From positions 1 to 53,191 of the forward strand of contig CAZPJY010000009.1 of assembly GCA_964587045.1 (NCBI GenBank): a stretch of 53,191 bases of DNA, written 5' to 3'. Below are positions 33,744 to 44,300 of this stretch, piece by piece. The translations under genes were made by a program, and so were the position numbers. Source of the stretch: an uncultured Methanosarcinales archaeon (GTDB lineage Archaea; Nanobdellota; Nanobdellia; Woesearchaeales; CAZPJY01). Each line of letters starts with the position of its first letter. The first letter of the stretch is position 1. The notes below the pieces were generated by a model. That model saw nothing but the letters and a program-made list of their open reading frames with translations. It was not told the DNA's origin and made no database searches.

Positions 33744-35638
33744 CAGTTGTTCCTCCCTAATGTCCTTGGAAGCCTTTGGATGTATACTCCGGGGAAGGTG
33801 ACGGTGCCTATCTTGTCCCTCTTTTCAACATATATCTTGCCCAGCTCCTCGAAGACCGATCCGACCAGTCCTTTGGACCCCTTGCCTGCGAGCTTGGAGA
33901 GTCTCTGGTCTATCGTGCCCTTGTATTTGTCCATGAATCCGGCGAGCGTGGCGAGGTCAGAAGCGCTGTGGTTTATGATCAGGCGCCTCACCTGGCTCCC
34001 GTTGTCGAGGGACTGCATAGATGACATCTGTGAGTAGAGGTTCTTGATGATCGTGTCGACGTTAAAGGAGTCGGAATGCTTGGCGGAGTGGAGAGCCTTC
34101 TTTATTGCCAGATTCTTGATTCCGCTGTCAGGGTCGTCCATCGAAAATTGTCTGCTGGTGTCGCTGAAGAGCTTCTGCTCGTACTCTGTCGCGAGTTTGG
34201 TGTATTCGATGATGGTCGTATTGATGGCATTCAGCGGTTCCTTTCCGGGCTGGCCGTCCTTGTTCTTGGCCAGTATTGCGGCGGCTATCGAGACGTCGTC
34301 GACTTGGAGCGTGTCCTCGTTTTTGAGGTAGGCCTCGAACGGGTCATCCAAATTGAACACCCGCATGATCTCCTTGATGGTGGATATCACGTCACCGAGG
34401 TCCTGCAGCTGGGCTATGTCCCTGGGCACTATCGTGGTGTTGAACTTGACTATCCCCTCGAGCACCTGCAGGTCGTTGTCGGTTTCGTCGATCGCCTGCA
34501 GGGCCGGAGCTGTCACCTGGTATTTGGGTCCCAGCACTTTAGTCCTGTTTTCCACAGTCTGGGCATCTACTGCCGCGGTCTGCTTGAGATCACCAGACAG
34601 CACCTGTACAAAGAGGTCGCCCAGTTCCAGCGCCGAGTAGTATATGTTCTTGTCGGTGCGCCTCGGATCGAGTGTATAGGCGTATATCGAAAGCCAATCC
34701 CTATCCACCTCTGAGTAGATTTCGTCCTTCTCCATCCCGAAGATGTTTGATACTACCTCACACCACTTGTCAAGCATCCTCTCATACTGGTGGTCCTGGC
34801 CGTTCGCGAGCCAAATAGAGGTTCCGAAGGCCTTGGCGGCGTTGGGCACCTGTTCCTTGATCATCCTGTTGAGCGAGGCTGCGTCGAGCTCCTGACTCTG
34901 GGTGAATTTTGCGTCGACGCTCGCCGGCGGGTTGGTCGAGCAGGTTACCTGGACCTTCTTCTTCCTGCGAGTGTCCTGGATTCCTTCGTTGGTGAGCTCT
35001 GGTACGTACGGCCCGATATCTGCCTTCTGGTGGCCTGCGGTGTCTATGCGCGCCTCTATGATCTGCATCATGGCCTGTGAGTCGCCCCTGCTTGCCTCGT
35101 CGATGTGGATGCGAGCCGTCTTGTCCAGGGCTTCGTGCTGGATTACGGTTTCGAAGTTGCCGTCCTCATCGACCCTGGTCTTAACGAAGTATGAGAGCAG
35201 GTTGTTCTGCATCGGGTTTCCCGAAAGCCTGACGTTTTGGTAGTTGTCAGGTGCCAGCACGGTCTTGTTGTACTCCTCAGCTGCAAAGGTCTTGCCTGCG
35301 CCTGTATCTCCCATCTGCAATATCTGCGTGCTTCGCATGTCGAAAGCCACGAGGAAGTCGATTGCCTTCATGTCGAGAGCTCCATCGACCTCTTCAGGGC
35401 AGTACCCATTCCGTTCCTTGAACATCAAGGTGTTGGTATCCGGGTCGTACCGTGCATGGAATATGGAATTGGGCCAGACCTGAGACGCCATCGTGTCGTA
35501 TACCGCTTCGATGAATCCGATCAGACTTGCGGTGTACACATTCTTGTCAACCTCGACGAGCTCGGTTATGCCCATCTCCCGGACCTTGTCCGCTATTTTG
35601 TCTAGAGTGTGTTTTGATAAGGTGGATTTAGTTGCCAT
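33743..35638 (-). CDS. MoxR-like AAA+ ATPase with long C-terminal extension
   Basis: Walker A GDTGAGKT, Walker B IHIDEASR, sensor STNP, LDAASLNR arginine finger. Coupled to the vWA gene; SD AGGAGGAG. Confidence 0.82.
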   Translation of the reverse strand: MATKSTLSKHTLDKIADKVREMGITELVEVDKNVYTASLIGFIEAVYDTMASQVWPNSIFHARYDPDTNTLMFKERNGYCPEEVDGALDMKAIDFLVAFDMRSTQILQMGDTGAGKTFAAEEYNKTVLAPDNYQNVRLSGNPMQNNLLSYFVKTRVDEDGNFETVIQHEALDKTARIHIDEASRGDSQAMMQIIEARIDTAGHQKADIGPYVPELTNEGIQDTRRKKKVQVTCSTNPPASVDAKFTQSQELDAASLNRMIKEQVPNAAKAFGTSIWLANGQDHQYERMLDKWCEVVSNIFGMEKDEIYSEVDRDWLSIYAYTLDPRRTDKNIYYSALELGDLFVQVLSGDLKQTAAVDAQTVENRTKVLGPKYQVTAPALQAIDETDNDLQVLEGIVKFNTTIVPRDIAQLQDLGDVISTIKEIMRVFNLDDPFEAYLKNEDTLQVDDVSIAAAILAKNKDGQPGKEPLNAINTTIIEYTKLATEYEQKLFSDTSRQFSMDDPDSGIKNLAIKKALHSAKHSDSFNVDTIIKNLYSQMSSMQSLDNGSQVRRLIINHSASDLATLAGFMDKYKGTIDQRLSKLAGKGSKGLVGSVFEELGKIYVEKRDKIGTVTFPGVYIQRLPRTLGRNN

Positions 35639-35783
35639 TTTGCTCCTCCTTTAGAACGTCGATTGTTATCTGGACGATGGTGTTGGGCGGAAGCTGGTCC
35701 TGTAGAATCCTAGGTATGACTATGATGGCCTGCTTGCCGTGCTTCGCGATCTTCTTGGTGATGGTGAAGGATTTCTTGTCCAT
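35628..35783 (-). CDS. Small AbrB/MazE-like (swapped-hairpin) DNA-binding protein, 51 aa
   Basis: Not in ORF track. MDKKSFTITKKIAKHGKQAIIVIPRILQDQLPPNTIVQITIDVLKEEQNGN; K-I-x-K-x-G...I-x-IP pattern; stop overlaps the ATPase start. Confidence 0.75.
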   Translation of the reverse strand: MDKKSFTITKKIAKHGKQAIIVIPRILQDQLPPNTIVQITIDVLKEEQNGN

Positions 35784-35803
35784 CGTTGATGACTCTGATT
35801 TTA

Positions 35804-35844
35804 TGTATAAACTATACAGTGGTAATACACTACAGCTATATAAA
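35804..35844 (-). promoter_or_regulatory. TATA box and candidate operator of the AbrB-MoxR-vWA operon
   Basis: TTTATATA on the minus strand (35837-35844); inverted repeat TGTATA-aac-TATACA (35804-35818) near the expected transcription start. Confidence 0.5.
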
Positions 35845-35942
35845 TCTTTCTATTTTTTATCACTTGTTGGTGGTAACATTTATATGATTAGTAATGGATT
35901 TGGCCCCAGCGATACATTTAAAAAGCCCCTAAGTTTCCCTCG

Positions 35943-36206
35943 ATGAGTATGGAAGCAGTGATCATCAATTTCAGAAGGAGCAAGACGCGCGCCTCGCCCA
36001 ACCATATGATCCTCGAGGCCAAGGAAGTGAAAACCAAGGCCGCAGCTGAAAAGCTCGTCGGAAAGAAGGTCACTTTCACCACGCCTGCCAAGAGGACCAT
36101 AACAGGCAAGGTAGCTGCTGCCCACGGCAACTCAGGCGCTATGAGAGCCATCTTCGAGAAGGGCATGCCCGGACAGGCCATTGGCCAGAAAGTGTCGATT
36201 GAATAA
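35943..36206 (+). CDS. rpl35ae: 50S ribosomal protein L35Ae
   Basis: VIINFRRS...LVGKKV...GKVAAAHGNSGAMRAIFEKGMPGQAIG; TTTAAAAA about 25 nt upstream. Confidence 0.93.
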   Translation: MSMEAVIINFRRSKTRASPNHMILEAKEVKTKAAAEKLVGKKVTFTTPAKRTITGKVAAAHGNSGAMRAIFEKGMPGQAIGQKVSIE

Positions 36207-36231
36207 TTCTAAAAAGAAAAAAAATTGGCGT

Positions 36232-36621
36232 TTATATGTTCATATTGAATGCCGCGATTATCAGAAGGATTCCCTCGATGAGGAAAAGGATCTGATAGAC
36301 TATAAACGGCACAGGTATGGAGAAGCCAATAACGCCGAATTGGTACAGCAGAGGAATCAAGCCTACGGCCAGAATTATCAGGCCCACAATAAGGCTCGCC
36401 TTGCCAGGGCCCTCATGGAGGCTCTCCATGAAGGCGTTCAGGATAAGGTACAGACCCGCTCCTGCAGCAATGTATATCACGATTCCTGAGACTACACCAG
36501 TTATCAACCCAGCGGCTTCCGGCAGGTCGACTCCGAACAGCGCGAGCACAGGCAGAAGCCCCGTAGCGAAAAGGACCAAGCCAATGATTAGCGCCGGCAA
36601 ACTTTTAGGTGTTTCCCACAT
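36232..36621 (-). CDS. Small 4-TM membrane protein with internal duplication
   Basis: SD GAGGTGA 5 nt before ATG 36621; halves LIIGLVLFATGLLPVLALFGV and LIVGLIILAVGLIPLLYQFGV. Confidence 0.75.
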   Translation of the reverse strand: MWETPKSLPALIIGLVLFATGLLPVLALFGVDLPEAAGLITGVVSGIVIYIAAGAGLYLILNAFMESLHEGPGKASLIVGLIILAVGLIPLLYQFGVIGFSIPVPFIVYQILFLIEGILLIIAAFNMNI

Positions 36622-36734
36622 GAGCATCACCTCAAACGGTTATGGGATAGATTCTGGTTCTGCTCCTATTTAAAAGTTTCTATGCCGAAAATTATTTATA
36701 ATAGTAAATCGAGTTTTTAAGGGAGGACTAAGGG

Positions 36735-38282
36735 ATGAGATTCAAGAGGATTGCCCTGTTATCTAACATCGCCCTATTCTTGCCCCTGCTCGCGAGTCTC
36801 GTTTATGCAGGGTTCACAGACCCTATCAGCTCTGTGCTAAGCGTCTTCGGCGACTTCAACGTCTATGACATCTACCAAAACTACTGGGGCATCATCGACT
36901 TCATCCTCTACCTTATCATCTTCATTGGCCTGTCGCAGCAGACCCTGGGCAGAAGGTTCCAGGGCCGCGCCTCCTCGTCAATATCCACTGGAATCGGCAT
37001 CGCGCTCGCGATAGCAGCTGCATTCGGCGCCAGGCAGTTCAACTTCAGGCTTGGCGACATGGCGCCCATCGCCCTCCTCATCTTCATCCTGCTCATCGCG
37101 ATGGAGATGGCATACGTCACCCACAGGCTCATCGGCGACTGGAAGCCGGCCATCGCCGCAGCCTTCCTGCTCACCTACTTTGCCATCAACGCTGTCGCGC
37201 CGTTCATCATGGACTGGCTCAGGGAGCGCGTCCCCTTCATAGCGAGCGTGTTCTCAATCCTCGTCATAATCGCGCTGATATCGGTCTTCGCCTTCGTGCT
37301 GAAAATCAGGAGGAGCGGAGGCGGAGCGACCATGGGTGACGTGGCCAGGGGGGCCAAGAGCGGCTGGAGGACAGGCAGGGACGAGCACGCAGCAAAAGTT
37401 GCCAGGAAGAAAGCCCTCAAGCAGGAGGACGAAGCCAATAAGGATGATGAGTTGAGCACGAAGCTCACAGCAGCGGAGATTGCAGCGTTGAATGCAGAGA
37501 GGGGGCCTGAGCATGAAGCGTGGGAAGAACTTCGCAGGGAGAAGTGGGACGTCGACAGGATCAAGGAGATCGTCCAGCGGGTGGATCAGGCTGAAGAGCT
37601 CATAAACCAGTACCAGCAGAAGGTAGACGCCGCACACGAAGACGCCCGCAAGCACGGCATGAACGATGAAAGGAGGGAACTCATCAAACGCGCTGAGGCG
37701 TACATCGGACAGCTTAAGGATCACAAGATGCAATTGGAAAAAGCGGCTAGCCAACCTGTGGCCGACTCCGCAGTACAACAGGGTAAAAAGGAGAAGGAGT
37801 CAGAGAAGCTCCAAGAGCTAGACAAGCGGGCGCTCAAGATTGCAGAGATGGACAAGGATGCTCTGGAGGAGGAGATAAAACATCTTAACAAAGAGCTCAA
37901 CGCAAGGGCGGATGAGCTCAGGAATGAGGGCGTAACAGATTACTCTTCCGATGAGAAAATGAAGCACCTTCAATCACGCATTGCCCTCCTTAACATCGCA
38001 ATAAGGGATATAAGCAAGGTAGTTGACGACGACAAGCGTCAGATACTGCTTGACAAGATGGAAAGGAAACTCGAAAGAAAAGAGCACAAGGATATCGTCG
38101 AGATGTACGCTTTGTTCAATGATATGAACAACCCGAGTAGGGAGGAAGCGGCAATCCACAAACTAAAATCAACAATCGGCGACCTCGACAGCGAAGTAAT
38201 AAAAGAAGCCAAGGTTGAACACGAGAAAAAAGAGTCCACTGAAAACGCTACAGAAGAATCCAAAAACGCTCAAAAGAAATAA
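36735..38282 (+). CDS. Polytopic membrane module + coiled-coil tail (array member 1)
   Basis: IDFILYLIIFIGLSQQTLGRRFQGR module, then a charged helical C-terminus. Confidence 0.78.
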   Translation: MRFKRIALLSNIALFLPLLASLVYAGFTDPISSVLSVFGDFNVYDIYQNYWGIIDFILYLIIFIGLSQQTLGRRFQGRASSSISTGIGIALAIAAAFGARQFNFRLGDMAPIALLIFILLIAMEMAYVTHRLIGDWKPAIAAAFLLTYFAINAVAPFIMDWLRERVPFIASVFSILVIIALISVFAFVLKIRRSGGGATMGDVARGAKSGWRTGRDEHAAKVARKKALKQEDEANKDDELSTKLTAAEIAALNAERGPEHEAWEELRREKWDVDRIKEIVQRVDQAEELINQYQQKVDAAHEDARKHGMNDERRELIKRAEAYIGQLKDHKMQLEKAASQPVADSAVQQGKKEKESEKLQELDKRALKIAEMDKDALEEEIKHLNKELNARADELRNEGVTDYSSDEKMKHLQSRIALLNIAIRDISKVVDDDKRQILLDKMERKLERKEHKDIVEMYALFNDMNNPSREEAAIHKLKSTIGDLDSEVIKEAKVEHEKKESTENATEESKNAQKK

Positions 38283-38324
38283 TCCAAACCTTTAAATATC
38301 CTTTTCCCCAATTTCTCGACTTAG

Positions 38325-39959
38325 ATGAAGCGATTAGGCCAGATTAACCTATTTCTGTTGCCAATCCTAGCTACTGCCGTAGCCGGTGGGGGAACAGACC
38401 CCATATCCAGTGTTCTATCAGTCTTCAGGAACTTCAGCCTCCCAAACGTCTACCAGGGCAACATCGCTCACTTCATCGACTTCATAATCTACCTGATAAT
38501 ATTCATCGGCCTCTCGCAGCAGACCCTGGGCCGCAGGTTCGAAGGGCGTGGCGGCTCCGCACTGACGACAGGCATGGGTTTGGCATTAGGCATAGCCGCA
38601 GCAGTCGCAGAGTACTACTTCGACTTCGTGCTGGGGAACCTCGCTCCGTTAGCTCTTGCCATACTCATCATAGTCGTGTCAATCATGCTCTTCACAGTCC
38701 TACTGGCCCTCGGGCTTGATAAATTCACAGCGACTTCAACGACCTATGTCACAATGTACTTCATGTTCTTCGCTGTCGCGCCTGAATATTTCGACTGGAT
38801 GAGGCAGCAGTCGAACGCGCTCCTCGGAATCCTGTCCATAATCCTCCTAATCGCTATATGGCGCATGTTCCAGGGATTGTGGTACGCTTTCAGGCCGCAT
38901 ACAGAAGGCGCAGGAGAAGGTATCGCCAACAGGCTGAGCAACCTGGATAACCGTGACACCACAGATTACGGCTCATTCGCCGACGACTACAGGGAGGCAA
39001 GACAGAAGAAGCAGGAAGATGTCGAAGATCTCGAGAAGAAGCGTCGGTTCGAGCACATCAACAAGGTAGAGGACGCCGCGTTCAACGACATCAGGACAGC
39101 GGTTGCCGAATGCAAGCACTACATCATGAACATCATATCGTACAACCAGAAACCAACGCCCGAGATCTACGACACCATATTCAGCTACGTGGCAAAGATC
39201 AGATCGCTTTTCAGGGACAGGATAAATGAGATAACAGAGGAGAGGAAGCAGCACCTGAAGGAGCTCAAGCAAAGTGCCGATACAGACATCAAGCGTCTTG
39301 AGAAATTGCTCAAAGGCAACAAAAAGGAAGGAAATATCGAAGGTAAGGAGTCCCGCAAGGCTGAGGAACAAAGAGATATAATCAACGAGGAGATGAAGAA
39401 AGCCAGGAGTATAACATACGATAAAGCCAGAGAGAAAATACTTGCTTACCTTGATCGCATCGACAAGGAGCTAAAGGAAGTCGAGCAAGAAGCGAAGCAG
39501 ATGAAGGAGCTCACCCTCAGAGTTATCAACTCAACGCCTGCCTGGATTGATTTCCACAGGCAAATGAGCCTGCGCCTCATGTCTTACTTGGACCATTTCA
39601 AGAGTCTGGAAAAAAAGCACCAAACCATCAGCAAGATATTGAACATGCTTGAAAACGTCCTGAAGGACCTGGAAAAGATGCCCCTCTCCCAAAGGCAAGT
39701 GCAAGTGGTCAAGGAGGAGTTCGAGGCGCTAGAAGGACACATCACAGACATCCAGACCGCGCTGAGGAAGGTCAGGGAAGTCGAGTCCGTAGAGTTCAGG
39801 TCAAAGGAGCAGGAGTTCGAACGCCTAACCAAAGAGCTCGAGCGGTGGAGCGCCCGGAAGTACCAGCTTGCTAGCCGTATCAAGACTGTTAAAAAAGCTC
39901 TTAAGAAAGATCTTGAGCAAGTCAAGGAGCAAGCAGAAAAAGATGAGTCACAGCTTTGA
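38325..39959 (+). CDS. Polytopic membrane module + coiled-coil tail (array member 2)
   Basis: IDFIIYLIIFIGLSQQTLGRRFEGR module and a different charged helical tail; own TTTAAATA box near 38291. Confidence 0.78.
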   Translation: MKRLGQINLFLLPILATAVAGGGTDPISSVLSVFRNFSLPNVYQGNIAHFIDFIIYLIIFIGLSQQTLGRRFEGRGGSALTTGMGLALGIAAAVAEYYFDFVLGNLAPLALAILIIVVSIMLFTVLLALGLDKFTATSTTYVTMYFMFFAVAPEYFDWMRQQSNALLGILSIILLIAIWRMFQGLWYAFRPHTEGAGEGIANRLSNLDNRDTTDYGSFADDYREARQKKQEDVEDLEKKRRFEHINKVEDAAFNDIRTAVAECKHYIMNIISYNQKPTPEIYDTIFSYVAKIRSLFRDRINEITEERKQHLKELKQSADTDIKRLEKLLKGNKKEGNIEGKESRKAEEQRDIINEEMKKARSITYDKAREKILAYLDRIDKELKEVEQEAKQMKELTLRVINSTPAWIDFHRQMSLRLMSYLDHFKSLEKKHQTISKILNMLENVLKDLEKMPLSQRQVQVVKEEFEALEGHITDIQTALRKVREVESVEFRSKEQEFERLTKELERWSARKYQLASRIKTVKKALKKDLEQVKEQAEKDESQL

Positions 39960-40031
39960 CTCCTTAACCTATTTCTCCTCTATAAGCAATCCAAACATTT
40001 TTATAGGAGTAAAAGCAAAATATGGACTATT

Positions 40032-41393
40032 ATGGATAAATACCGCACAAACCGTGCGCTCAAGCTAGTTTTACCTTTGATAGTTCTATTTTCGAGCATC
40101 CCAGCGGCGCTCGCAGACATCTACGGCTGGCTGTACGCGTGGCAGAGGATAGACTTCGGCTCCTTCTACATGAGGGCTGCAGGCTTCGTGGACTTCTTCG
40201 TCTACCTGCTCATATTCCTGGGGCTAGCCCAGTTCACCTTCGCAAGGCTCTATGAGGGCAGGTCCGGAAAGGCAGTTGCGATCGGAGTGGGCACAGCCCT
40301 TGCGATAGGGGCGGTAGTGGCAGAGTCGATGTTTGGCTTCAACCTGGGCTCGCTTGCCCCGATAGCCGTCATCCTTATCATAATCCTTCTGGGAATCGTC
40401 GTCTTCATGCTCTTCAAGAGCATGGACATTTGGACTGGTGCAGCGCTCTCGTGGACCTACATGATCATGTACTTCATATCCAAGGCAATGTTCCCCGGCT
40501 TCTGGGCCTGGATGTACTCGACCCAGTACGGGCGCGGCCTTGACGGACTGCTGGGCATCGCGCTGCTGCTTGCGATTTGGCGTGGCATCCAATCTGTCTG
40601 GATCGGTTTCAGGGTCGAGGACCCGGACAAATCGCCGCCAGACCCATACAGGGATCCAGAACCGTTCCCTGCAGACGATACACCTCGCCAGCCCAGGCAG
40701 AAGAAGTACCTGCCCAGGCCTCCCATGAACCTGAAGGCCATGCCCAATCCCGAAACAGGCCAGATCGAGGTGTCGTGGCAGCCTACTCCCAGCTCCGACA
40801 ACGTCAACCTCTACGAGGTCTACCGGATGCCCGGGCGCTCCAAGCAAAAGAAGTTCGAGCAGGTGGGATACGCAGAGCCGCCAAGCACGAGGTATGTGGA
40901 TGAGATAGTCCAGCCGGGAGAGAAGTACACCTACTACATCAGGGCCGTAAACGAGTTCGGTAGGAGCAACCCGTCAAATTATGATCACGCGACAGTCCCT
41001 GACCGGCCCGGACCGTCACCTCCACACAAGCCCACAATTGAGCCCGACGTCGCGAACAACAGGCTGCTGGTCAGCTGGAAGCCGAGCGACAAGGCTGGAG
41101 AAGAGCATGTCGTAGGCTACGAAGTCTTCAGGTTCCCAAACAGCAAGCACAAAGAAGAGTACGCCCAGGTACCAAAGGAAAAAGATGTCCTCAAAGGGAA
41201 TGAATATCACGATTCCAACGTCAAGAGAGGTATCACATACAGCTATAGGGTGAGGGCTGTAGACAAAGAGGACAGGAGGGGAGGCTTCAGCGACCACGAG
41301 GAAGGCACGCTCCCTGGAGTCCCCGACCTGACACCGAAGCTTCACATCAAGCACGGGGAGAATGAAGTAGTGCTGAGCGGAAAACTAGAATGA
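40032..41393 (+). CDS. Polytopic membrane module + two fibronectin type III-like domains (array member 3)
   Basis: VDFFVYLLIFLGLAQFTFARLYEGR module; PPMNLKA...VSW...YEVYR...YTYYIRAVN and a second copy ...YSYRVRAVD. Confidence 0.8.
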   Translation: MDKYRTNRALKLVLPLIVLFSSIPAALADIYGWLYAWQRIDFGSFYMRAAGFVDFFVYLLIFLGLAQFTFARLYEGRSGKAVAIGVGTALAIGAVVAESMFGFNLGSLAPIAVILIIILLGIVVFMLFKSMDIWTGAALSWTYMIMYFISKAMFPGFWAWMYSTQYGRGLDGLLGIALLLAIWRGIQSVWIGFRVEDPDKSPPDPYRDPEPFPADDTPRQPRQKKYLPRPPMNLKAMPNPETGQIEVSWQPTPSSDNVNLYEVYRMPGRSKQKKFEQVGYAEPPSTRYVDEIVQPGEKYTYYIRAVNEFGRSNPSNYDHATVPDRPGPSPPHKPTIEPDVANNRLLVSWKPSDKAGEEHVVGYEVFRFPNSKHKEEYAQVPKEKDVLKGNEYHDSNVKRGITYSYRVRAVDKEDRRGGFSDHEEGTLPGVPDLTPKLHIKHGENEVVLSGKLE

Positions 41394-44300
41394 GCGACAA
41401 GACCAACATGTTCATGAGGTACGCGAGAAGCGGTATGGACGAGAGGCAAGTCTTCGACCTGCTAGACGGGTTTAACTCCTCAAGCGGGAAGTGGACCGAC
41501 GAAGAGGTCAAGGCCATCGTCAAGGAGTACTCGGCATACTGGCGCAACTTCAGGGTGCTCATGGAGTTTCGGAAGCGGACCAATGAGCACGTGCAGAGCT
41601 TCAACGAGGCCGCTACAGAAGCATTAGGCCTGCAGATTGATGAAACCACACAGAACGTAAAAAACCTGCACGCTGCGGCAAAGGATTGTGCAGGAGAGCT
41701 CCTGAACTCCATACGTACATCAAAACTTGTGGACCCTGAACTGGACTTGATGTCAGACGACTTGGATAAGGGCTTGGAAATCTTCTGGAAGGCAGTATCC
41801 GAAGCTTCGAAGAAGAGCAAGAGGGTGGACAAGCTCAGGAATACTGCCAAGGACGAACTGTTTGGTAAGGATGAAGACCAGGAAGAAAATCTTAAAATCT
41901 ATAGAGGGAACAAGGAAATCTTCGCCTCTTACGCCAAGACGCGGGATCTAGCCACAAAGCTTGCGGAATCGGTTAAAGGACTTCAAGCGGCCAAAAACGA
42001 GGTCAACATAGCAGCTAATCACATTACGCTTGAGACCAAAAATACCTCAAAGAAGATAGGCAAATGGGAGGCGAAACCCTCCAAAGCAGATCAGGACCAG
42101 CTTGAGAAGAAAGAGAAGAAAAAGAAACTGTTCTTCTGGCGCAAGGACAAGGAAGACAAGGAAAAGGTCAAGGAAGCCAAGGAAAAGGGCCCAGAGCCGC
42201 CCAAGCCCCCCAAGCTAAAGGGCGAAAAGTTCCAGGGCATTCTGTACAGGTTCAAGGACCAAGACGAGTACAACGCGTTCAGGAACTCTTATCACACGCA
42301 TGACAAATCCTTGAAGGTGAACAAGGATCAGATACTCAAAGAACAAGAGTTCAAGCACGACGCAAACGTCATCCTCGAGATTAAGGAGCATTCTAAGAGG
42401 TTCCCTCCGAGCAAGACCGAGCATTACATTGGTTTTGGGGTGAGACCCGTAAGCGAGCCTGGCGACTTGGCGCATGACTGGATGTGGGCTAACGGACCGG
42501 ACGTGGTCGCGTACTTCTGCACTGTGCGTCTCGAGAACCCGCCTGACACGGTCGAGCTCCACAAGCTGACAGAGACACCATTCAAGTGCGTGATCGAAGG
42601 TCATGTCAGGAGGTGGTCCTGGCACTTACAGGCAGAGGGCTCAGGCAGGACATTCGGGCCGTATGCCACCAACAAGGAGGAGTTCATAATACCCACACAA
42701 GCAGTGACAGATGTCCAAGACGACGTGTTCAAGGTTGGCGTCGTGGCAGAAGGCAGCGAGGGCTTCAAGGCAACAACCCACGTCAAGGTTAAGGTTAAGA
42801 GGGATAAGGTGCCGGAAGGGCACGTGAGGGTCATCTTTTCAGTCAAGAGCTCTTTCGAAGACCGGCCCTTGGAAGACTGCTCAATAGTCAAAAATAATCA
42901 AACACACTCTCCTTTTAAGACGGACAAGAAGGGACTAGCTGAGCTCCACCTAAAGCCCGATAACTACCAATTCACCATCACCTACCTAAAGAACGTCCCG
43001 ACACACCACTCAGCTGAGGTCAATATCGCTAAGAAGGAGCTAGAAGGCAAGGAGTTGGTGGAAAAGCAGGTGAAGCTCGAGCTCATCGAGCACGAGGTCA
43101 GGATAGTGGTGAGGGATGGACGCGGCCAGCCAGTAAAGGCTCATGTGCACCTAAAACATCCTGAGACCTGGCCTGACAGGAGCACTGTGGAAAGGCAGGT
43201 GGATGGGTCGGATGTGTTCAAGCTTCCAGTATCAAACAAGCAAGTCATCGCCAAAGCCAAAGCAGAAGGCTATGAGGACGCAGAGGAAAGGTTCAAGGTC
43301 GATCAGGACAAACCCGTCACAATCACCTTGAAGAAGGTTGCCGACGGCCCAGTCATCGAAGGATTGGTCCTAAACGAGCTCACCAATAGAGGTATTTCGA
43401 ACGTGATGATCAAGATTCACCCCGGAACCGGTAAGGACGCGGATCCAACATGGCATCCGGTGATAAGCGACAACTCCGGCAGGTTCTCCTTCGTCGTGCA
43501 TCCCGCAGAGGAGAAGGTGACATATGTCGTGACCGCGCAGGGGAGCAAGCAGTTCCAGCGAATAAGCGACGCAGTTGACATAACCGTTATTACCAAGGGT
43601 AAACAGCCTGTTATAAAACCATCCCCTGTTAAGGTCTACCTAAAGCCTGAGATATTACATATCCCCCAGGTCAGGAGAATAGAAGCCAGACAGATCATGA
43701 CTGACAAGCCCAAGGTAAAACTTGTATGGGAGGTCGATGAGCCCGAGTTGCTAGTCATGAAACAGATGGGGATGTACTTCTCCATCTACCGCAAGGTTGA
43801 CAATGGCATGCTGGTGTGCCTACCTGACAAAGTAAAAATACTCCCCTACAAGTCTAAGCTCTTCTCCTTCGTTGACACCTTCAAAGACATTAGCCTTACA
43901 AAAAAAGATTTCGAGCACACTATCGACTACTGCATCAAAGTCTCCCATCCAGGTAAGGACGAGCACAACAAGCATTTCCTCAACCAGGGGGAAACTTCGC
44001 CCTTCGCCAGTGTGATACTACGAAATATTCCAAAGAAGCAGCTGGAACTGATAAAGAAGGCCGTAGAAGACCTGACAGAAAAATTCTCCCGCAAGAACTT
44101 GGTAACGATAAGCCAGGAGCTTGCTGATGATGTGATGAAATTATACAAGGAACAGCTGGAAAAGGACACAACCGCCGACAAGCTGATAAAGGCCTTAAGG
44201 GAAGACAAGGACGCCACCACGAAGAAACTCATCAAAGAGTTACACACGAAAATCGCCAAGATAATGCTAAAGCATGTGGAGAGCAGGCTGTCCAAACCAT

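Noticed and set aside
29268..35844. MoxR operon as a prophage or mobile element
   Set aside because: No integrase, transposase, structural genes, att repeats or tRNA target seen.
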